Below are positions 63,773 to 64,000 of a stretch of 64,000 nt of DNA, piece after piece; the first letter of the stretch is position 1, and every line of letters starts with the position of its first letter. The translations under genes and the position numbers were made by a program. The notes beneath the pieces are model-generated. The model saw only the letters and a list, made by a program, of their open reading frames with translations. It did not search any database and was not told where the DNA came from. The DNA lies in the NCBI GenBank assembly GCA_951406725.2, contig OX597822.1:47182001-47246000 (forward strand), in the 5' to 3' direction. Origin of the DNA: Octopus vulgaris. Taxonomy: Eukaryota.

Positions 63773-64000
63773 GTTGTTATTATTGTTAATCGGCAGGCGC
63801 TACAAAGTGATTCGAGGGCCGAGAGTTTCGTGCATTTATAAGTGCCTTCGAACGAAACATTCTGGCCTCCAGTGACTCTGTAACGTCTGTCTGATAATAA
63901 ACCTATTTTAAGCACAAAACATGAAATGTGTGAGAGGGGGCCAGTCGATTACATTGACTAGACCAGTACTTTTTTTATCGCCCCCGAAACAATAGAAGTC

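Noticed and set aside
94-63789. Most ORFs in the supplied track (poly-HT, CV, YI, P, L, V, S peptides)
   Set aside because: They are translations of microsatellites or SINEs with no domain content.

Overview
Eukaryotic, AT-rich, microsatellite-saturated non-coding DNA. The repeat families look like those of Octopus (cephalopod) genomes; this is recognition from memory, not a database result. Almost all ORFs in the supplied track are microsatellite or SINE translation artefacts, and no intact gene can be read. Identifiable content: dozens of tRNA-derived SINE copies from about 4 families (CORE-type; Nin/Deu-domain type, often multimeric); a decayed R4/Dong LINE 3' end in (TAA)n; a CR1-like 3' end; three Tc1/mariner relics, one internally inverted; two hAT elements with 8-bp TSDs; three Helitron pieces; a MITE family with GGATCTTTTC termini; and Penelope-like fragments with hammerhead-ribozyme-shaped motifs. 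There are also several long inverted repeats. The interval ~37.3-57.1 kb differs from the rest: it is nearly free of young SINEs, carries clustered E-box/MEF2/CArG motifs, and has several short ATG-to-splice-donor segments. It is probably the promoter or first-intron regulatory domain of a large, possibly muscle-expressed gene whose conserved exons lie outside the window. This last point is inference; I could not establish the gene's identity or strand.
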